Source: a virus (taxonomy: Duplodnaviria; Caudoviricetes). Taken from it: 64,000 nt of DNA. Position numbers and translations under genes: made by a program. Where the stretch lies: IMG/VR virus record IMGVR_UViG_3300027757_000725, positions 1 to 64,000 of that record. The stretch is one strand, 5' to 3'. The notes under the pieces were generated by a model. It was not told where the DNA came from, did not search any database, and saw only the letters and a program-made list of their open reading frames with translations. Of this stretch, positions 29,200-38,841 are shown piece after piece; position 1 is the first letter of the stretch, and each line of letters starts with the position of its first letter.

Positions 29200-31605
29200 A
29201 TGGAACCAGAAACAATAGTCAGTTTTGATATAAATTTAACTAATGGACCAAGCGGATCAACAGCTTCGGTCAAATCTGCTGTAGGCGGTAAAGATTTTAA
29301 AGGTAATGAAATAGGGGGTCAATTAACATTTACTGATTTAGGAGAATCTTTAGCTCTAACTGAACCTACATTAAATTCATTGATAAGTAATTTCCTTGTA
29401 ACAGAAAAAAAAGTTATAAAAGACAAGGGTTCAAAATTTTTTGAATATTCTCTTCAAGATAAGACATCACTAATCTTGGATAGTCATTTGATTTTAATAA
29501 GAGGAAAAGATGTAGCCCCAAATGGAGCGGCAGAGTATGAAGCTTGGATAGCTAATTGGACAGAATTGCCAGAAAACAGAAAAAGAAAAGGTCAAGCGGC
29601 GGCTAATCCTTCTTTTGGTACGCAACCTGCCGTTAAAGTTAACAATTGTCTTATATTAGGTCAAATATATAATGAAATATCATCAACTGACGACAATGGA
29701 GATCCTTTCACAAAAGTTTTTCAAAATGGTGCTTACAAAACAGAATTTTCTCAAAATCCCCAAGGACCGATTACAGACGAAGTGGACGATGAGGGAGCTG
29801 TAATTCCTCTTGGTGATGTAAAGTGGGAAGATTCAAAGCAAAAATTTGGTTATACAAGTGAGGAGTTGCAGGAGGCTTTGGATTTAATAAATATTGAGAT
29901 ATCAGGCATAGAACCAAATTCAGACTTTTTAAATGAAGAATCTGGTTCTGCCTCTTCCGCTATTTCATCTTTAGCAGCTAAACTAGGTCTTTATGTAAGA
30001 ATAAATGGTTTTGATAATAAGGTGATAGCATTTAGCCCTGCTGAAGCATCTGATTATGTAGTTGAAGATTTGACGCTGTCTACTGATGATTGCATTTTAT
30101 CAGCAACCTATCAAGAAAATAAACTTATACCAACAAAAGCCGTTAGCTATAACTCGCTTATAAAAAGTGAGAGCATAACAGTAATACAGACTAGTTATGG
30201 AGGTGGAGCTGGAAGAACCCTTAAAAAACCTTTTTACCTAGTTAAAGAGGCTTATGGTAAGGGCGATTCTGCTATAGGTAGAATGGCTGGGATGCTTTTT
30301 GTCCTGCACGATAGAAAAGCTTTAAATGATGAGACCATGTTTAATTGGCTAACTTGGCTTTGGCTAAAAAAACCTGCTGGTGATACAGGAATGAATCTTT
30401 TTAAAAATGGTAATCTTATTCCAGCAGGATCAGGGCTTGAACTAGATCCAAAGGACAAAACCGACCAACGAGCTGGTCTTCCAAATAGTATTAAAAACAC
30501 CTTGGACAAAGTTAAGGGGGTAGCGCCTAAGGTTTACAGTATGCTCCAGTCGGACGGAAAGGTAAGAGAAGGAGGTTATGGTAACGCTGTTTTTAGTGGA
30601 TTGATTAATTTTATACTCGAAAGAGCCATGAACGGCATCTATGTTACAGACGGTATGACTGAATATAGAGCATTCAGGACCCAGATAAGCGGAGAGGGCA
30701 TGGATATTGTAAAAAGTCCAGTGGGGACAGATCCGATTATAGGCTCAACTGATTTGAAAGATATTGAAATGTTAGCACCTTTGGCTTCATTTTTTAACGC
30801 TTTAACTTCTGGCGAATATGGGCAAGCTATTCCAAAAACTGTACACGATCTTTACCAATTGACAGGAAGAAATAAAGGTAGGAAAAGTGAATATTATTTT
30901 GTAGGACTTAAACCATACAAGGGTAGTCTTTGGCAGACCCCACAGAAAGTGGTTTTAGATGTTGTAGGTATAGGTAATATAGATTTTGCGAACCTGAACG
31001 GTGAATCTATGGTGGTCAAAAATGAAGATCAGCTTGAAAGTTTTTATACCTTTACTATAAACAAATTCAAAGAAGCTGGAGGTATTGATAAACAACCGTT
31101 TATCTCCATGAATTACGTCAAGAGTAAAAAACCTATTGGCGTGGACGAAGATGAAGACACAGATGTTTTTGGTGCTGGCGGCGGCGGCGGCGGTGGTACT
31201 ACTATTGAAGATATTTCAACCAACAGAGACTACAAATCTTATAGTTTAGATTCTGCAGTTTCTAATGATTTCCACCCTCATTCATTTGTATTAAACGAGG
31301 GCTCCATTGACGAAATGAATGCCTTGAAATCAAATGCTACAATAAATTCGCTTGTAGCAAAAAGTACATATTCTTCTTCTGCTACATATTTAAGCTTATT
31401 CTTACCAGATTTTACTGACCCAACGCTAAATTCAGTAAGTTATGACTTTGGATCAGATGGGGTCAAGACTACTGTTTCTTATTCCACCAAACAATTATTG
31501 CCGATGGATGAGAAGATAATAAAAGATAGGTTTAATGTTGTATCCTTAAGTAGACCAGTTTTTTCTAGAGATTCTGCTTCTAGAAAAAACGCACTTAGAA
31601 TTTAA
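29200..31605 (+). CDS. Putative tail hub / central tip protein
   Basis: Last gene of the tail operon, 801 aa, poly-Gly linker. Confidence 0.5.
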   Translation: MEPETIVSFDINLTNGPSGSTASVKSAVGGKDFKGNEIGGQLTFTDLGESLALTEPTLNSLISNFLVTEKKVIKDKGSKFFEYSLQDKTSLILDSHLILIRGKDVAPNGAAEYEAWIANWTELPENRKRKGQAAANPSFGTQPAVKVNNCLILGQIYNEISSTDDNGDPFTKVFQNGAYKTEFSQNPQGPITDEVDDEGAVIPLGDVKWEDSKQKFGYTSEELQEALDLINIEISGIEPNSDFLNEESGSASSAISSLAAKLGLYVRINGFDNKVIAFSPAEASDYVVEDLTLSTDDCILSATYQENKLIPTKAVSYNSLIKSESITVIQTSYGGGAGRTLKKPFYLVKEAYGKGDSAIGRMAGMLFVLHDRKALNDETMFNWLTWLWLKKPAGDTGMNLFKNGNLIPAGSGLELDPKDKTDQRAGLPNSIKNTLDKVKGVAPKVYSMLQSDGKVREGGYGNAVFSGLINFILERAMNGIYVTDGMTEYRAFRTQISGEGMDIVKSPVGTDPIIGSTDLKDIEMLAPLASFFNALTSGEYGQAIPKTVHDLYQLTGRNKGRKSEYYFVGLKPYKGSLWQTPQKVVLDVVGIGNIDFANLNGESMVVKNEDQLESFYTFTINKFKEAGGIDKQPFISMNYVKSKKPIGVDEDEDTDVFGAGGGGGGGTTIEDISTNRDYKSYSLDSAVSNDFHPHSFVLNEGSIDEMNALKSNATINSLVAKSTYSSSATYLSLFLPDFTDPTLNSVSYDFGSDGVKTTVSYSTKQLLPMDEKIIKDRFNVVSLSRPVFSRDSASRKNALRI

Positions 31606-32385
31606 CTACAACAGATCGTCTGATTTTTTTATTAAGCTCAAAAGTTTTCTACATTCTTTCGCGGGAATGTCGGAAAACTCCTCCCAAGACTTAATATCTT
31701 CATTCCTGTAGGACTCGGAAGCCCATAACTTCCTCATAAGCCCTTTGAATGAATCAAAGGTATCAGAACCTGTTTTCTCTCCAAGAGCCTTCTGGAGAGT
31801 CGTTTGGGGCGTTAGAGCTATATTTTCAGAACCTTGAGCGTCGTATTGAACAGATGGTCCAGTCTGAGTTTTGTCTGATTTATCAATTTCGTCAGCGCCG
31901 ACGATATTAATATTAAGAAAGTTTCTGACGCAACGTACAAAAGCCCTATTGCAAGCGATAGTTTCTAAAAACTTAGCACAAAAGTTATCTGTGTTCTGTA
32001 GAGTGGCGTTAGCCACATCCTCGTAATGCACCACATTGTTATCTCCTTCATAGTTTGGAAGCCAAGCAATACGACACTTAGCGGTGACATAACCAGATTC
32101 AGTGTTAGTATCAAAAGAGACGGTTTCAAAACCTCTCAGCCGAGCTAGATCTTTAATACCGCCAAGCATTATCAACAGCTGGTTATCTTTGAGTCCGTCT
32201 ACGTCTTTTGGTACATCCTTTTTTCTAGCATCAAACCAACCTTTATTTGGATAAAGAAACTCATCCTTAACCATAGATCTCCAATCAATAGAACCGTCTT
32301 CGTTAAAAGTGTAATCAATGTTTTCAAGTAAACCATGCTTGTTTCTCTTATAAATGTCTGGACCGTAAATCTTATCGTTGCTCAT
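31606..32385 (-). CDS. Probable Rad52/Sak-like ssDNA-annealing protein
   Basis: LGGIKDLA..RG..VTAKCRI..ETIACNRAFVRCVRNFLNI pattern; co-oriented with the SSB. Confidence 0.45.
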   Translation of the reverse strand: MSNDKIYGPDIYKRNKHGLLENIDYTFNEDGSIDWRSMVKDEFLYPNKGWFDARKKDVPKDVDGLKDNQLLIMLGGIKDLARLRGFETVSFDTNTESGYVTAKCRIAWLPNYEGDNNVVHYEDVANATLQNTDNFCAKFLETIACNRAFVRCVRNFLNINIVGADEIDKSDKTQTGPSVQYDAQGSENIALTPQTTLQKALGEKTGSDTFDSFKGLMRKLWASESYRNEDIKSWEEFSDIPAKECRKLLSLIKKSDDLL

Positions 32386-33508
32386 GTTCGTGATAATAAC
32401 ACATTAACCAATCCAAGTCAAGGAACAAATCGTCTTTATTTTTACTTTCCTCATAATATGAATTATATATTTTGTTTTTAGAGAAAATCTTTCTTGAGGA
32501 AAAAGTCTTCAATTTACTCCAATTTACATCTTCTATATCTTTTTTGTTTTCCTCTATGATTTCTTCTTTCGAAAAGTCATGTATTTTATAATCAAAAAAC
32601 TTAAATCTTTGTTTTTGTAGTTTGTCTTTAGCCGAGCACAATAGTACCAGTTTTATTCCCATGTTCGATACTTTTTCTAAGAAATTCGATTCAAAATCAT
32701 CAGAAATGTAATTTATACATTTAATTTTGTTTTTTATTAAGAGGTGATCTGGTATAGGGTCTGAGGTTGTTATCTCCACAGATTTGTTTTCAATCAAAGA
32801 AGCAAGTTTATCGGCATCATAAAACTTATCCATTCTTACATTTATATTGTTAAATGGTATATTGTAAGAAAAATCGCAATTCGGAACAAACTCTAAAACA
32901 CTCATATTGTATGAGCCGCCGAATGACAATGACTTAAAGTTGCTTTTCTTTTTTAATTTAAGTAATTCAAATACTGAGTCGGCTATCTCTTCTGGTTTTA
33001 TTTCTTTTATCCTATTCGAATTATTTCTTTTAGACAGAATAGGTTTTTCTTTGGAAAAGTTCGGGGAAATCAATTTTAAGTTCTCCTTGTCAGACCAGTA
33101 GGGTTTTGTACAGTTTTGATAAGAGTTGCCTGATATTGTTAATGTCTTTTTGTTATAACAGGAAGCTATGTGTGAAGATAGGTTGTTCAAACCAATATGA
33201 AGAATCGATTTGCTAATAATATAAGCTCTGTTTTTATAAGAAATTTTATTTAAAAATAAATCTGATGATCTTAATTTTTTTGATTTCTCTCCTCCTAATT
33301 GCAATATTTTTACGCCTTGATCCAGCAATTCTTGTTTTATTATGTGTAGTGTTATATCCCAGTGAGGATAATTTTCTGAAAAATTATCAGAATCTATATC
33401 TATTGATATAAATTTATCACAATTTATTGGATAAAAATGTTTGTTTAAGGTTGGTTTGCCTATTTTTACACCGCAACATTTAGCGTATTGTTCTAATATG
33501 TGACTCAT
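32372..33508 (-). CDS. GT9-like (heptosyltransferase-fold) glycosyltransferase
   Basis: YPHW..ILQLGG..AYIISKSILHIGLNNLSSHIA, a variant of the GT9 GxDSxxxHxA motif. Confidence 0.65.
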   Translation of the reverse strand: MSHILEQYAKCCGVKIGKPTLNKHFYPINCDKFISIDIDSDNFSENYPHWDITLHIIKQELLDQGVKILQLGGEKSKKLRSSDLFLNKISYKNRAYIISKSILHIGLNNLSSHIASCYNKKTLTISGNSYQNCTKPYWSDKENLKLISPNFSKEKPILSKRNNSNRIKEIKPEEIADSVFELLKLKKKSNFKSLSFGGSYNMSVLEFVPNCDFSYNIPFNNINVRMDKFYDADKLASLIENKSVEITTSDPIPDHLLIKNKIKCINYISDDFESNFLEKVSNMGIKLVLLCSAKDKLQKQRFKFFDYKIHDFSKEEIIEENKKDIEDVNWSKLKTFSSRKIFSKNKIYNSYYEESKNKDDLFLDLDWLMCYYHEHEQR

Positions 33509-33510
33509 TT

Positions 33511-35235
33511 TTAAAAGAATTGTATTTTTTCTTTTCCATTATGGCAATAATATCCTTCTCTGCCGTCTTCCAAGTTTGGCATAAATGCTATGTCGAAATA
33601 TCCAATATGTTTTCCTTGACCCTCAAGAAAAGACGGATTATCAAAACCATTGTGATAAGGTAAGATTTTATGTACATTTGCATTGTCTTCTACCAACTGC
33701 TTTAGTTTAGGGTTTATAGCTAAATATATTTTTTTATCTATGTAGTTTTTTTGTATGTTTTTTAATAAGCTATTTATCATTAATGTGCCAGATTCTGTTG
33801 CTGGGGACACCACAAGTATTCTGTTTTCTGCGCCTTCATCGTCCAACATATCTGAAAAATGCTTTTCTTCAACTTGCTCTTCGTCTTCCTTCTTATCTTC
33901 TTGTATTTTTTCAATTCTTTTAGATTTTTTAGAATGAATATCTAGTATCGTTTTTTTAAGTTTGAATACCGTTTCTTCTACAGAGAACTCTTTTCTTATG
34001 TTTTCTTGACCCTTTCTTATTAGTTCATTCTTCTCGGTTTGAGTCATTTTAAATACGTTGTCCAGTTCTTCGCATATGCTTTCAGGATCTGTTGACGCTT
34101 TGATAAATTGTGTAGAAGGCTCCCTATACTCATGCCAAGACAAGGGGATTCCTCCTTGGTGATTGTGACAAGAATCTTCTCCACATGAATAGTTTGTGAC
34201 TAGGGTAATTAATCCAGCGGCTTTAGCTTCTTGTATAGGTAACTCTTGACCACCACTTGTAAATGGGTGGCAGTAAACATCCATTATGTTGTAGATTTCA
34301 TTTAGTTGTTCTTCGCTTACACCCTTAGCGCTAGTTTTTGTTTTAACGGATTTTTCTGAAACACAATTTGGGCAATTTAAGTCTTCGCCTTGGTAGGGTG
34401 AAAGATAGTATGAACTGCATTCGTGACATAAATAAGTAGACAATACATCCTCTTTATTGATTTGTTTTTCATCCAAGTAACGGGGTATGTCCCAGCCGCT
34501 TTTGTTTTCTGACCAATCAGTGTGCAGCAAAAGCTTTGCTTTGATTTCTGGGTTTTTTTGCTTAAACAGTTTGAATCCTTCCAAGAGGTTGGGTACGGAT
34601 TTCCTGAGTTGGTTTTTGAAAACAAACCCAATGATAAATTCATCGTTTATTCTGTGAGAATTTCTTACTTCTTTTCTGTTTTTCAGTGGTCTAAAGTTTT
34701 GGTAACTAACAGCTCCGTGTATAGTTTCTGTATTTTTACAACCAAGGTCTTTCATTTCTCTTTCCGCAAAAGAAGCCCAAACAAGCATCTTGTCGCATTT
34801 TGAATACATGTCTTTTGCTGTATGCAAAATTGGAGAACTGTCTAGCGTTGTCCACAGGATAGTTTTGGTTTTTTTCCACCATTCTTTGTTTTCAAATTCT
34901 CTAAAAGCCCATATATCTTCTATTCCAAGGTAAATGTCTGGCTTTACTTTTTCAATTATTGAGTCTATTGTATAATACCCGTATTGAGCTACTCTTTTTT
35001 TTGCTGGGTCATTATGTATTTTGTTCAATATGACACTATCTGACGGATAAGTACCGTAACTTTCCCAAGGTGTTTGCAAATCTAAACCAAAAGAAACTCC
35101 ATTTGCGGCTTCCACAACCTCCATTTCTGGATCTTCATGGAGAGCCATGAGAATATTTCTCATGTTCTTTCCAAAGCCAGTTACTAATCTAGAATAATTA
35201 GAGTGTATTAAAACTTTTATTTTAGAACGGGACAT
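33511..35235 (-). CDS. GT4-family glycosyltransferase with zinc-ribbon insertion and GT9-like C-terminal extension
   Basis: TGFG, NQLRKSV, YNIMDVYCHPFTSGGQELPIQEAKAAG; CHEC...CPNC insert. Confidence 0.8.
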   Translation of the reverse strand: MSRSKIKVLIHSNYSRLVTGFGKNMRNILMALHEDPEMEVVEAANGVSFGLDLQTPWESYGTYPSDSVILNKIHNDPAKKRVAQYGYYTIDSIIEKVKPDIYLGIEDIWAFREFENKEWWKKTKTILWTTLDSSPILHTAKDMYSKCDKMLVWASFAEREMKDLGCKNTETIHGAVSYQNFRPLKNRKEVRNSHRINDEFIIGFVFKNQLRKSVPNLLEGFKLFKQKNPEIKAKLLLHTDWSENKSGWDIPRYLDEKQINKEDVLSTYLCHECSSYYLSPYQGEDLNCPNCVSEKSVKTKTSAKGVSEEQLNEIYNIMDVYCHPFTSGGQELPIQEAKAAGLITLVTNYSCGEDSCHNHQGGIPLSWHEYREPSTQFIKASTDPESICEELDNVFKMTQTEKNELIRKGQENIRKEFSVEETVFKLKKTILDIHSKKSKRIEKIQEDKKEDEEQVEEKHFSDMLDDEGAENRILVVSPATESGTLMINSLLKNIQKNYIDKKIYLAINPKLKQLVEDNANVHKILPYHNGFDNPSFLEGQGKHIGYFDIAFMPNLEDGREGYYCHNGKEKIQFF

Positions 35236-35821
35236 CGTCTGAAAAAGAATCTTTTGATTTGTTTTCCTGCTCTGGTTTTTTGTATTCTTTTTGTGGAGAT
35301 TTATATTCTTTTTGTGGAGAATTTTTATTATATTCGTTCGTATTTGCCTCCAAGCATTTACGTATATATGATTTTAAAAGTTCTTCTATAACAACTGATT
35401 CTCCAGCTTCAATAGGTAGTTTGAATGTTTGAGCTGAATTTCTGATTACAGATAAACCCCAAGCTGGGGTTTCGTGCCACTCATCTCCTTCTTGCCCCAC
35501 AATTTTTCTCTTTTTATCCCAAGGGGTTAATTTTATAATGGTGGTTTCTTCTTTGTTTCTATGAAATGCTACAAAAGGCTTTCTTGATCTAAAGCTAGAT
35601 ATGAACTCTCCAGCCTCCACAAAAGACAACTTGATGGTTGCTGACTTATCTTGGTTTTTTGCATTTTCCTTGAAGGACCCATTTTTTCTTTTGTCATCCC
35701 AGCTGTGTTGTTGTATCATGGAAACAAAAAGTACATTTCTGCCTTCTTTGTCTTTAACTGAATCAAAACTAAAGGCTGAACCAGTATTTTTAGAATTTGG
35801 TTTGTATAATGTATGTTTCAT
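35222..35821 (-). CDS. Whirly/PC4-like single-stranded DNA-binding protein (probable start 35821)
   Basis: KSATIKLSFVEAGEFI and FKLPIEAGESVVI segments; SSB-type acidic tail FSDDVPF. Confidence 0.65.
   Translation of the reverse strand: MKHTLYKPNSKNTGSAFSFDSVKDKEGRNVLFVSMIQQHSWDDKRKNGSFKENAKNQDKSATIKLSFVEAGEFISSFRSRKPFVAFHRNKEETTIIKLTPWDKKRKIVGQEGDEWHETPAWGLSVIRNSAQTFKLPIEAGESVVIEELLKSYIRKCLEANTNEYNKNSPQKEYKSPQKEYKKPEQENKSKDSFSDDVPF
35283..35320. repeat. 21-bp-period tandem repeat encoding SPQKEYK x2
   Basis: TATTCTTTTTGTGGAGA at 35283 and 35304. Confidence 0.85.
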
Positions 35822-35851
35822 ATTTATCTGTGTAACTCTTATAGATAACAT

Positions 35852-35880
35852 ATTGTATGATGGAATTAACAAAAATTCAA
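35852..35880 (-). promoter_or_regulatory. Sigma70-type promoter TTGAAT-17-TACAAT for the SSB/GT operon
   Basis: Motif and spacing on the minus strand. Confidence 0.6.
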
Positions 35881-38835
35881 ATCAATCAAGTAGAATTTCC
35901 TGTTTTTTTGAGTAGTAGTGGCGATTTTTCTATTTCGCAAGGTAAAAATGTGGACATTGAACTTGTGGAGTCGATTACTGGTGATTTTGAGATCACGGGA
36001 AGCCTGAGCCTAAATGGAGATATTGTCGACGGGTCTTCATTGGGTATTAATGACAACTATTACTTATTTGAAGATTTTGATAATGATTTATTAAACTCTT
36101 CTGGAAACGTTTTTCTTGATACCAAACATTCTTTGCCATCGAAAAATACAAATAACAATCTGCTTTGTAACGTTTCGAGCGTTTCTTTTAGGGAAAACTC
36201 GAGCAATAACACTATAATTGGGTTAAATTCATTTTACAACTTAAATATTAATGACTCTGTATTGTTTTTTGCTAAAGAGAATGGTTCGGAAGCATCTAGA
36301 TTGCACAGCAACTCAATAGTTATTGATTGTGATAACGGCAATTACTTTGATGGAGATTCTTTTTTCTTATCCAAAACAACTTTAAATAATGCAGTGTTTA
36401 AATCTGCTAATATTGGTGATTTAAGCTGCTCTTCTTTTGTGGTTAGCGGTTATTTTGAAGCTGATAGTCTAGTGTCAGAGTCCGCTTCTTTCCAGAATGG
36501 CGCTTGGGGAGGCTTAATTGAATTAAATGGCAACTCTAAAATCAGTAATGATTTTACAGATTCTAGTATAGTAACAGAAAAATGGGTTAACGAGCAAAAC
36601 TTTGCGTCTTCATCCAATCATTCTTTATCTGGAGTTGACGACTTAACATCTTCTGGTTATATTTTGATAGAGGGTTCTGAGTCACCTGTATCAAAAGTTG
36701 GAAATTTATTTTTTGACACTGGTGATATTAACGTTCCGTCAACAAGAATTAATCAATCACAAAACAAGGAAACTTTTATTGAGGGTCTGTTTTCTGGTAA
36801 TACGATCGTTTACATAGAAGATGGTTTTTTTGTTTCTGGGTTTGGGGGGGAAGAAATTAGATCAGGCGATTTTAATGTAGCGACTGAAAGTTGGGTTACG
36901 GGTCAAGGTTTTTTGACTGGACTTTTTGAGTTAAACAATAGAAATTTAATATTAAGTTCTTTAGAATTACAATCAGATATTAAATCTGAATCTTTATTCG
37001 TAAGCGGATATTATAACAACTTAAATACAGGGAGTAATAGTTTAGTAACAAATGATGTAGATATCGAAACAAACCAAGAGGTCAGCTTCGAAAATCTAGA
37101 GGTTAGCGGGTCCTTATACGTCACTAAAAACATAAATATAGGCAGTTTAAGTGATCTGGATTTTGGAGGGGGATTTTATGTAAAAGATTTAACATCTTCA
37201 AGTGCGAGCAATATAAACCTATCAAACTCGGCGCAGTTAACTGGATCTGATTTAGCTACAGAATCTTGGTTTGATACTTATCCATCAGAACTATCATCCA
37301 ACAAGGAGATTGTAGACCTAACATCAACTGGAAATGTCGGTCTTTTTGACAGCTCTATCATAGAAACTTTAACGCTTCCTTATTTAGCTGGTCCAAACCC
37401 AGATAATTATCCTTCTATAAATATAAATTCTAATTCTGTTTATTTTAATAATGTTGCAATCCCTACAAACACCCAAGTTTTAGCGCCTGATCAAAACTTT
37501 CCAAAAATAAAATCTACTGGATATAGTCCACATAATTTTATAAAAATACAAAAATCTTCTAGTCTTAATATAGGTAGTGGCAATCTTTGGAATACTTCTA
37601 TAGACTCAGGTCAGGCTCTGACAAAGATATCTAATAAGGGCTATATAACAATACCCAAAACGAATGTTGAGAGTTTGCATCAGCCTAGCGGTTTTAGGTT
37701 GGAAAAAATATCTGTTGATAATTTCAAAGTTAGCCCAGACCCAACAGCTGTAAAGCTCAATATTATATCTGGGACAAAACAAACAGATGATTATGATCCT
37801 TCTTATTTGAGGGTTTCTGATCTTAATGAAAAGTTATCAAATTGGGCTTTTGATTCACCGTTTACAGAAGTTATCCATAGAGATAAGTACATGCAAATAT
37901 GGTTAGATATATTAAATAGAGATAACCCTTATTTGAGTTGGACTTTTTTCAATAGGGTATTGCCAACAGCAAAAAATGTAAACTTATTTTGGAAACTATT
38001 TACTTATTGGTATGGTTGGGTGAATGGTCTTCAAAATACCAAACCAAATGTAAAACCTTATGTCGAGAACTTTCTGAACCTTGTTTATAATTCAAAAACA
38101 AAGGCTAATGCAGCTGGTCAATCTGGGCAAGATTGCATTGTTGGAGTTTGGCAAGATTATATACAAAATCAGGGTTTATTAGCTAATGAGGATACTAATG
38201 TAGTAGATTGGGATGATAGTGATTTAGAAGTTTACAGTAATCTTTTTTATTCCGTGTATCAAAAAACAATGTGGGACGATTTGTTGAATTACAAAAACCA
38301 ATATGCAGCTTACGATACTCCAACTTATGATAATTTTGGTTTATCTGATATATTAAAAGGTAAATTTGAAGGCGAAGAAATATATTATATGAGCTTCCCT
38401 TCTGCTTGGATTCCTCAGTCGGATTCTGATGTTAATATAGACTCTTCTAAAGAAAACAAATTCAAACATAATTTGGTTCTTTCTAAAATAGATGATTTCT
38501 CAGATTACAGGTATGATTCAAGAAAAACCGTAAGACCTTATTTTAGAACCTTCAACCCCAATGAAACATTCAACCCTCTAAATAGATATGAAACAATAAA
38601 CACTGATTGCTGGTCCGACTTTTATACTGTAGATTCATTATTGTATAAATCATCTAAAATGTTTATGAGTAAATTTCCTAACGTTTTGGATAACGGATCT
38701 AGTTGGCAAGATCAAATACCTGATTCGCACCAATATGATGGAGGCGGATGGAAAAATGGTTCTGTTCATAATAGAGTCTTTCCAGATTTAGATTTAATTC
38801 CAAGTAACTTGTCAGAAATGACTTACAGTTCATAA
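35857..38835 (+). CDS. Fibre / receptor-binding-like protein 1
   Basis: N-terminal KIxxNQ shared with the next two ORFs; ATESW repeats; beta-repeat shaft. Confidence 0.6.
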   Translation: MMELTKIQINQVEFPVFLSSSGDFSISQGKNVDIELVESITGDFEITGSLSLNGDIVDGSSLGINDNYYLFEDFDNDLLNSSGNVFLDTKHSLPSKNTNNNLLCNVSSVSFRENSSNNTIIGLNSFYNLNINDSVLFFAKENGSEASRLHSNSIVIDCDNGNYFDGDSFFLSKTTLNNAVFKSANIGDLSCSSFVVSGYFEADSLVSESASFQNGAWGGLIELNGNSKISNDFTDSSIVTEKWVNEQNFASSSNHSLSGVDDLTSSGYILIEGSESPVSKVGNLFFDTGDINVPSTRINQSQNKETFIEGLFSGNTIVYIEDGFFVSGFGGEEIRSGDFNVATESWVTGQGFLTGLFELNNRNLILSSLELQSDIKSESLFVSGYYNNLNTGSNSLVTNDVDIETNQEVSFENLEVSGSLYVTKNINIGSLSDLDFGGGFYVKDLTSSSASNINLSNSAQLTGSDLATESWFDTYPSELSSNKEIVDLTSTGNVGLFDSSIIETLTLPYLAGPNPDNYPSININSNSVYFNNVAIPTNTQVLAPDQNFPKIKSTGYSPHNFIKIQKSSSLNIGSGNLWNTSIDSGQALTKISNKGYITIPKTNVESLHQPSGFRLEKISVDNFKVSPDPTAVKLNIISGTKQTDDYDPSYLRVSDLNEKLSNWAFDSPFTEVIHRDKYMQIWLDILNRDNPYLSWTFFNRVLPTAKNVNLFWKLFTYWYGWVNGLQNTKPNVKPYVENFLNLVYNSKTKANAAGQSGQDCIVGVWQDYIQNQGLLANEDTNVVDWDDSDLEVYSNLFYSVYQKTMWDDLLNYKNQYAAYDTPTYDNFGLSDILKGKFEGEEIYYMSFPSAWIPQSDSDVNIDSSKENKFKHNLVLSKIDDFSDYRYDSRKTVRPYFRTFNPNETFNPLNRYETINTDCWSDFYTVDSLLYKSSKMFMSKFPNVLDNGSSWQDQIPDSHQYDGGGWKNGSVHNRVFPDLDLIPSNLSEMTYSS

Positions 38836-38841
38836 TATATA

